Shown here: positions 58,316 to 64,000 of the stretch, one piece after another
Position numbering within the stretch: position 1 is the first letter of the stretch
Layout: each line of letters begins with the position of its first letter
Source of the DNA: a virus
Lineage: Duplodnaviria; Heunggongvirae; Uroviricota; Caudoviricetes
DNA: 64,000 bases
Reading direction: 5' to 3' (one strand)
IMG/VR virus record: IMGVR_UViG_3300042892_003817
Position numbers and translations under genes: made by a program
The notes under the pieces: model-generated
Seen by the model: the letters and a program-made list of their open reading frames with translations, nothing else
Database searches by the model: none
What the model was told of the DNA's origin: nothing

Positions 58316-59293
58316 TTATTTTAATAATTCAGATAACGATTTTTTTCCTTTGTAAAGATCTTCATCCATTCCTTCACTATCAGCTTGTGCTTTATCTTGA
58401 TTAGATAAACTCTGTAAAGCTCCTGCTTTAGCTCTATCAATTAGAGATAATAAATGTTTAAATTTAATATCTTTAGAAGTAGATGCTTGAGTTTGTGCTT
58501 GCTTGTGTAATTTTTCAAATTTAGAAGGCTCTGTTTCGTACATGGTCATTAATTTACGAACCATATCTTTGTCAGCTTCAGTATCTGTTGATTCAAATTG
58601 AAAATCTGGGTCATCAATGAAAGGATCTGAGAAGTTTTCGTCATCGTAGTCGATTTCGTCTTGGTCTTCGTATCCTCTTGGATGTGGAATGTCATCTGCT
58701 TCATCTTCTCCGTACATTTCGTATACTTCGTCTTCTTTATAGCTTTCAACATCCATTACCTCTTCAGATAATACTTTTTTAATTAGTTTTTTAAAGCCTT
58801 CTTTTAATTCAGCTTTTTTCATACCGTTAAAAACATCTACAGTGTTTTTTGCTGTTACAGGTACCATTTTATCATGAAGATCCACTTTTGGATTAACTCC
58901 TGCTAACTGGTTTGTATAGAATATAGAATCTTTTGCTAAGTTTTTAGATACTTTTACTAATGCTTTTGAATATTCTTCTGCTGTTGGTGTTCCAAGAACC
59001 CCTGCTACCTCTAACTCAACTCTGATTCCTCTAAGAATCTGTTCGTATGGATACTTATCCATTTCGTTAGTTGGTTTGAATCTGTAATCTGTTAGATTGT
59101 TTTTAGTAAGTCTAGCTTCTTCTACTCTAGCTTCCTGAATCATTCCTCTGTTCTTTAAAATCTGAACAGCATCATCGTATCCATTGAAACGAGTTATTAA
59201 GTTTGGAAGTTGCATTCTAGCTTCAGCTAAGAAATGTTCTTTAGAGAATTTTCCCTCTTGAATTCCGTTATATTTTTCTTGTAAAGTTCTCAT
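58316..59293 (-). CDS. Head-region hypothetical protein, possibly internal/core
   Basis: Acidic, many L/I-x-E motifs; between portal and protease. Confidence 0.65.
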   Translation of the reverse strand: MRTLQEKYNGIQEGKFSKEHFLAEARMQLPNLITRFNGYDDAVQILKNRGMIQEARVEEARLTKNNLTDYRFKPTNEMDKYPYEQILRGIRVELEVAGVLGTPTAEEYSKALVKVSKNLAKDSIFYTNQLAGVNPKVDLHDKMVPVTAKNTVDVFNGMKKAELKEGFKKLIKKVLSEEVMDVESYKEDEVYEMYGEDEADDIPHPRGYEDQDEIDYDDENFSDPFIDDPDFQFESTDTEADKDMVRKLMTMYETEPSKFEKLHKQAQTQASTSKDIKFKHLLSLIDRAKAGALQSLSNQDKAQADSEGMDEDLYKGKKSLSELLK

Positions 59294-59294
59294 A

Positions 59295-59516
59295 TTATTT
59301 ATTTTCGTCTAAGTAATCAAACATTTTTGTGTGTGAAGGACGTTTAGGTCTTTCAACTGTTTTATAACCTAATTTTTCAGCTGTTTTAGTAGCTGTATTT
59401 TTACCTTGTCCTTTTTTAGAAAAAGCAAATGGAGTTGATGGTACTGCCATACCTGCTGTTGTTGACATTTCTGCCAATACTTCCTGTATTGCTTTTAGTA
59501 CTTCTGATCTTTTCAT
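59295..59516 (-). CDS. Small head-region hypothetical protein
   Basis: 73-aa ORF, TP.AF motif, ATGA overlap. Confidence 0.65.
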   Translation of the reverse strand: MKRSEVLKAIQEVLAEMSTTAGMAVPSTPFAFSKKGQGKNTATKTAEKLGYKTVERPKRPSHTKMFDYLDENK

Positions 59517-60367
59517 AGATTTCTTAATTCATTTACTAATTCATAGTACTGCATTAATGAAACTAAATGATTATCATCTACTTTTTGTGTATTTTTTATA
59601 GGAATAATTACTTTTTGAATCTCTTCTAATTTAATTTTTACTACTTTATCAGTAATATTCTTTTTTAATTTAGAAATCTCTACTTGTAATTTAGTCATTT
59701 CTTCATTTACTACGTTTCTTAGTCTTGTAGAAGAGTTAACTGATACTATAAATTCCTTCAAGATGTTTTTCTGTTCTGGAAGTAAATCTTTATATTGGTG
59801 ATTAAATTTCTCTAGTAATATTTTATATGTTAAAAGTCTTAAATCTTTATCATATTTAGAATACTCTTCAATTAAAGCATTTTTTACTTGACCGGCTGCT
59901 GTTTTACTTTGAGTTAAGTGCTCAAGTATTGTAGTTTTATTGTCAACAAATACATCTAGGTCTACAAGTTCTGCTGCATTTTGTGCTTCCATTAAACAAT
60001 ATAAAGCTGCTAGAGGCTTATATGCTTCTACCTTAATAGAAAAGAACTCCTCTAAATCGTAATGACTCTTAAGTTCTTTTATAAGCTCATATTTTTGCTT
60101 ACTAAGAGATTTTGCATCTAGTTTTCTAGAAATCTCTACAATGGTGCTTAGTATTGATTCTGCTTTTTTAGGGCCAATGCCTTTATTTTTTAGTACAAAA
60201 TCGTATAATTTAAACTCTCTTACTAGTGTTGTGTTTCCTGTATAAAATTTTCTTAGTACTGTCAATGCCGGGGAATCTCTTTTAGATAAGGTATCCGCTG
60301 CTATTTGCTTTACTAATAGTTCAAATATTAAGCCTGTGTTTTTATACTTACTGTGTTTAATACGCAT
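59513..60367 (-). CDS. Conserved-looking helical head-region protein
   Basis: 284-aa ORF (IKHSKYKNTGLIFELL) after portal; TATTTATA upstream. Confidence 0.75.
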   Translation of the reverse strand: MRIKHSKYKNTGLIFELLVKQIAADTLSKRDSPALTVLRKFYTGNTTLVREFKLYDFVLKNKGIGPKKAESILSTIVEISRKLDAKSLSKQKYELIKELKSHYDLEEFFSIKVEAYKPLAALYCLMEAQNAAELVDLDVFVDNKTTILEHLTQSKTAAGQVKNALIEEYSKYDKDLRLLTYKILLEKFNHQYKDLLPEQKNILKEFIVSVNSSTRLRNVVNEEMTKLQVEISKLKKNITDKVVKIKLEEIQKVIIPIKNTQKVDDNHLVSLMQYYELVNELRNL

Positions 60368-60396
60368 CTTAGGTATGTCTTTGTTATAAATAGTGC

Positions 60397-62250
60397 TTAA
60401 TTATCTAAATCTTTAATATTCTCTTCATTTAAGAGATCCGATTCTTTCTCTGCTTCTTCTTCAAAGATATTTTGCTTTTTAGGAATAAATATATTCTTGT
60501 TTCTAAGAAAAACTGACATTGTATTGTTTATGTTTTCTTTTACATTTTCATTATCACTTGGAAAGCCGCCTTTCATTCCTTGAACTCCTAGTCTATCTCT
60601 TCCTCCTACAGGGTCTGCATTTGTGCCTAGTATAGACATTTTCTCTCTAGGTCTTCCAGGTTTAGTTTCGTCATACCCTGCTGGTAATTCTCCTTGTTCT
60701 CTTCCGTATATTGAAGCTAAATCGTGAGGTGTTCCAAAAGACTGTCCTGTAGCTACTGGATCATTTCCTTCGTTTTCAATTTGAGATATTCTAAACTCTC
60801 TTTTAGCATCCTCTCTAATAAGTTCTCTCATTTCGTTATACTTATCTTCTGAGATATCAAATAACATATCGTAGATATAGTCTGAAGAGAATAGTTTGGT
60901 TGCTTGCATTTGAGTTGCTAAGTCAACTTTCTCTTTCCAAAGAGCTACTTTTTCTTGTTCATAAATGATAGAAGGAGTAGTTAATTTAATTTCAAAGTTT
61001 ACTAAAGACTCTTTGTCGAATCCTTGCGAGTATAAATGTACTAAACCAATTTTAGTTAATTCACTTTCTACAATTCTTTGAATTCTTTCTACTGTTCTAG
61101 CAAAACGAATATCTTCTGCTGCAAGAGTTGCTTTACCTGTAAGGTCTTTTTCAAATCCAAAATATGCTTTTGGCACTTTTAGTGCTGCAAACATCTTATC
61201 TCTTAAGTATTCGATATCGTTTGTACCATCATACTCCAATCCTTTAGTAGTCTCAATTCTTGTAGATGTATCTCCTCCTCTAACCGGTAAGTAGAAATCC
61301 TCCATCATGTTTTGCATGTTGAATTTCAAGTTATATTGACCTGTTTGTGGATCTACATATGGAGTTTTCTTAATATTGTTAATTGTTTTTTGCATGAACT
61401 GCTCAACTTCGTTTGGTGGAATAGATCCTACGTTAATGTAGAACATTCTCTTCTCAGGAGCTCTCATGATTCTGTGAATCAACATTGCATCCTCCATTAA
61501 AGTCAATTGCTTGTAAATTTTTCTAGCTGGTTCAATATAAGCTCTACCATAAGGAAGGTAGTTTGTATCTGATAGTAATCTGAAATGGGCTACTTCGTAA
61601 TTATCTAAAGCGATAACTGACTTACTATTATTTGGAATATAGTTTGGATCTGATGAAGAAGCTAATCCGTCTGGATCGATTGAGAATGTTACTTTAGTTG
61701 GATCTTCTTTATCCATCCCTTCATGTCTTACCATATGGTAAACTGTATAAGGAAGAACATTATAAACACCAAATTTTTCTGATATTTCTAATTTTAAAAA
61801 GAAGTCCCCGTACTTACACATATTTCTAACCCATGACCATAGGTTAAATTCGATGTTCAATACATCGTAATATAAATTATAAAGGACTCTTTGTATGTTT
61901 TCGTCTGTAGATTTAATAGAAAGAACCTCTCCCATTGCACTCTTTAGTGTAGACTCATCTGCTAGTATATCTAGAGTGGAAGCAATAAGTGGATCTGAAT
62001 CCATTGCTTCATAGTCTGAGTAAAGTTGTATCCTTAATGTCTGGTAATTAAGGTTTGGGTTAAATATATTTTTATTATTGTAAATATATAGACGAGAGAA
62101 TCTATCCAATAGTGAATTGGTTTGATATTTCCCTGTTGATTGTATGTGATTAATATCAGCAATCTTCAACTCATCCCCTCCTACGTTTCTAACTAATATA
62201 TCAGTCGAGAATAATCTCTGGAGAGAGTTAAATAAATTTCTTTCTGCCAT
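60397..62250 (-). CDS. Portal protein (gp20-like)
   Basis: MEDA.LI.RI.RAPE.R.FYI.VG..P, MEDF.LP.R.G....I.T..G, D..Y...K.F.AL.VP. Confidence 0.96.
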   Translation of the reverse strand: MAERNLFNSLQRLFSTDILVRNVGGDELKIADINHIQSTGKYQTNSLLDRFSRLYIYNNKNIFNPNLNYQTLRIQLYSDYEAMDSDPLIASTLDILADESTLKSAMGEVLSIKSTDENIQRVLYNLYYDVLNIEFNLWSWVRNMCKYGDFFLKLEISEKFGVYNVLPYTVYHMVRHEGMDKEDPTKVTFSIDPDGLASSSDPNYIPNNSKSVIALDNYEVAHFRLLSDTNYLPYGRAYIEPARKIYKQLTLMEDAMLIHRIMRAPEKRMFYINVGSIPPNEVEQFMQKTINNIKKTPYVDPQTGQYNLKFNMQNMMEDFYLPVRGGDTSTRIETTKGLEYDGTNDIEYLRDKMFAALKVPKAYFGFEKDLTGKATLAAEDIRFARTVERIQRIVESELTKIGLVHLYSQGFDKESLVNFEIKLTTPSIIYEQEKVALWKEKVDLATQMQATKLFSSDYIYDMLFDISEDKYNEMRELIREDAKREFRISQIENEGNDPVATGQSFGTPHDLASIYGREQGELPAGYDETKPGRPREKMSILGTNADPVGGRDRLGVQGMKGGFPSDNENVKENINNTMSVFLRNKNIFIPKKQNIFEEEAEKESDLLNEENIKDLDN

Positions 62251-62279
62251 TTTAAAATGTTTTATTTATAAATAGTAAC

Positions 62280-63854
62280 TTATCTTATTAGCCAGGTTAA
62301 GTCCTCTTGACCATATGGCGTTTCCATAAGATAAGGATTATTCTGCATAGGAGCAACGTTATATACGCCAGGATCTCTTTGATTCAATCCAACAAAAGCA
62401 TTCATTGTAGCTCTTGAAAGATCCATTCCTTGTTGTCTCATACGAATAGCTGTATCTCTAACATATAAAGCTGTTGCAAAAGCCATAATTAAATCGTCGT
62501 TATACCCCGATTGTGCCTGTGCTTTACCATTTCTCCATATGAATACTCTCATTTCGGCTAATAACCTCTTAGATTGCACTATAACCGATCTTTCCCGTAT
62601 GTATTCAGTCATTTTAGCTATTACCAGAGGTCTTGTTTTAAGAGACATTGTGAATCCAGGTACTAATTTATCTCTTTCGTACTTAGCCATATACGATTCA
62701 ACTGTCTCATTATCTGATCTTGATGAATAGTATAGGTTTTTATACTCTCTGGATAGTACTTGTTCAATGGTTGACCATCCAATATTGGCATTCTCTATTA
62801 CTAGAAGTGCATCACAGTACTCTGTTGCTATTCCTACCAATACGTTTCCGTATTCTTTAGGTGATATCTTACCTTTATATTCTGCCACTTGTGTACAGCT
62901 TTCGATATCAAAGACATGGAAGCCAGAGTAGTCAGTAGAGTCCCCTCTAGCGACATCGGCAACAACCATATAAGACTTTTGATAGTCAGGTGATTCCCAT
63001 ATCCAAAGATTTCCATCTACGCCTCTCTTTTCCATCGGCTCTTTTACATATGTCTCTTCGTAAAAAGCCATATTTTCAACCTCAATTACTGAATCTCCAG
63101 ATGATAGGAAGTCACAGTCACACTCTTGAGCGGCATGTTTCTCTCCTAATTGTCTTGATTGTTCATCTCTCCAGTCTTGTGCTCTTTCAGGATGCACATC
63201 CCATTTTAATTTAACTGGTACAAACCCATTCTCTCCTGCTTCAGCTTTTTCCCATGTTTTATGGAACCAGTTTCCTACACCATTTGGAGTAGAAAGAGCC
63301 ATACATTGACCCCCTGTAGCAAGTGTTTGTTGTGCTGCAGTAAATGTTTCTTCAATATTATCAATGAAAGCAGCCTCATCTATTAGCAGTAACGATACCG
63401 CTTCTGAACGAGCAGCATCTGCATTAGATGATTTAGCTGTGATTTTAGAACCGTTTTTAAGTCTAAGAGATAATTTATTCTTCTCTGTAAAGGGCAACTG
63501 TAACCATTTTGGTAGATTCTCATACATGAAAATCGTCTTAGTTACAAGGTTTCTAGCTGTTGCTTGAGTAATTGCTAATGCCAGTACGTTCTTATCTTTA
63601 TGAAAGATCATTAACCATAAAGCGTAGGCCGAGGCTAATGTAGAGATTCCTAACTGTCTTGATTTTAGAGTTATCAACATCTTTTCATCTCTGAATAAAT
63701 GTAATACTCCTTCCTGGAATGGGTAGAGGTTAAATAAGATTCTACCTCTTGTTGGATGCTGTATGTAGCAATACTTCTTCATGAAGTAAGCCGGATCTTT
63801 TGCACACTTTATGTACTCCTGTGCTACTATTTGTTTTATATCTGCTTGTGACAT
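62280..63854 (-). CDS. terL: Terminase large subunit (gp17-like)
   Basis: LYPFQ, KSRQLGIS, LIDEAAF, STPNG, QE..C.F, D.ARG, DD...A. Confidence 0.97.
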   Translation of the reverse strand: MSQADIKQIVAQEYIKCAKDPAYFMKKYCYIQHPTRGRILFNLYPFQEGVLHLFRDEKMLITLKSRQLGISTLASAYALWLMIFHKDKNVLALAITQATARNLVTKTIFMYENLPKWLQLPFTEKNKLSLRLKNGSKITAKSSNADAARSEAVSLLLIDEAAFIDNIEETFTAAQQTLATGGQCMALSTPNGVGNWFHKTWEKAEAGENGFVPVKLKWDVHPERAQDWRDEQSRQLGEKHAAQECDCDFLSSGDSVIEVENMAFYEETYVKEPMEKRGVDGNLWIWESPDYQKSYMVVADVARGDSTDYSGFHVFDIESCTQVAEYKGKISPKEYGNVLVGIATEYCDALLVIENANIGWSTIEQVLSREYKNLYYSSRSDNETVESYMAKYERDKLVPGFTMSLKTRPLVIAKMTEYIRERSVIVQSKRLLAEMRVFIWRNGKAQAQSGYNDDLIMAFATALYVRDTAIRMRQQGMDLSRATMNAFVGLNQRDPGVYNVAPMQNNPYLMETPYGQEDLTWLIR

Positions 63855-63888
63855 ATTATATACTTATATATTATAAATATGTGTATAT

Positions 63889-63916
63889 AAAAAAACCCAC
63901 CTTTAAGGAGTGGGCT
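63889..63916 (-). terminator. Intrinsic terminator (twin of 57460-57486)
   Basis: AGCCCACTCC-TTAA-AGGTGGGTTTTTTT. Confidence 0.75.
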
Positions 63917-63935
63917 TGTTTACTATTGAGTAATC

Positions 63936-64000
63936 TTATTTTCTGTTTTCTGCTAAGAATTTTCTTAAGTTGAATCCTTCTTGTAAAGCTTCTACTGCTT
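63936..64000 (-). CDS. 3' end of a gene entering from the right (...ALQEGFNLRKFLAENRK*)
   Basis: Open frame to window edge, stop at 63936-63938, terminator follows. Confidence 0.6.
   Translation of the reverse strand, partial: AVEALQEGFNLRKFLAENRK

Overview
A 64-kb segment of a large, AT-rich T4-like (contractile-tailed) bacteriophage genome, with essentially every gene on the minus strand. Read right to left it contains: terminase, portal, prohead protease, scaffold and major capsid protein; PhoH; neck and tail-completion genes; a long tail-fibre/adhesin block (collagen-like fibres, tandem LamG proteins, a fibrinogen-like protein, a glycosyltransferase); sheath, tube, tail chaperone and tape measure; baseplate; replication genes (atypical family-A polymerase, gp32-like SSB, UvsX/RecA, 5'-3' exonuclease, gp41-like helicase, class I RNR, thioredoxin). 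A T9SS C-terminal sorting domain and seven TTG-N20-TAnnTT promoters point to a Bacteroidota host. Three things stand out. (1) A complete group I ribozyme catalytic core lies free-standing between two tail genes (37.5-37.8 kb). It interrupts no gene, has no visible upstream P1/P2, and its only plausible P1 partner lies downstream of the core. (2) A nine-gene phage-encoded cell-surface/secretion module (1.3-8.4 kb) carries CsgG-like pore proteins, an outer-membrane beta-barrel, cohesin and dockerin-like domains, a T9SS tail and a C-type lectin. (3) There is a candidate +1 frameshift in the tail assembly chaperone. All assignments are by-eye motif recognition; no searches or folding programs were run.
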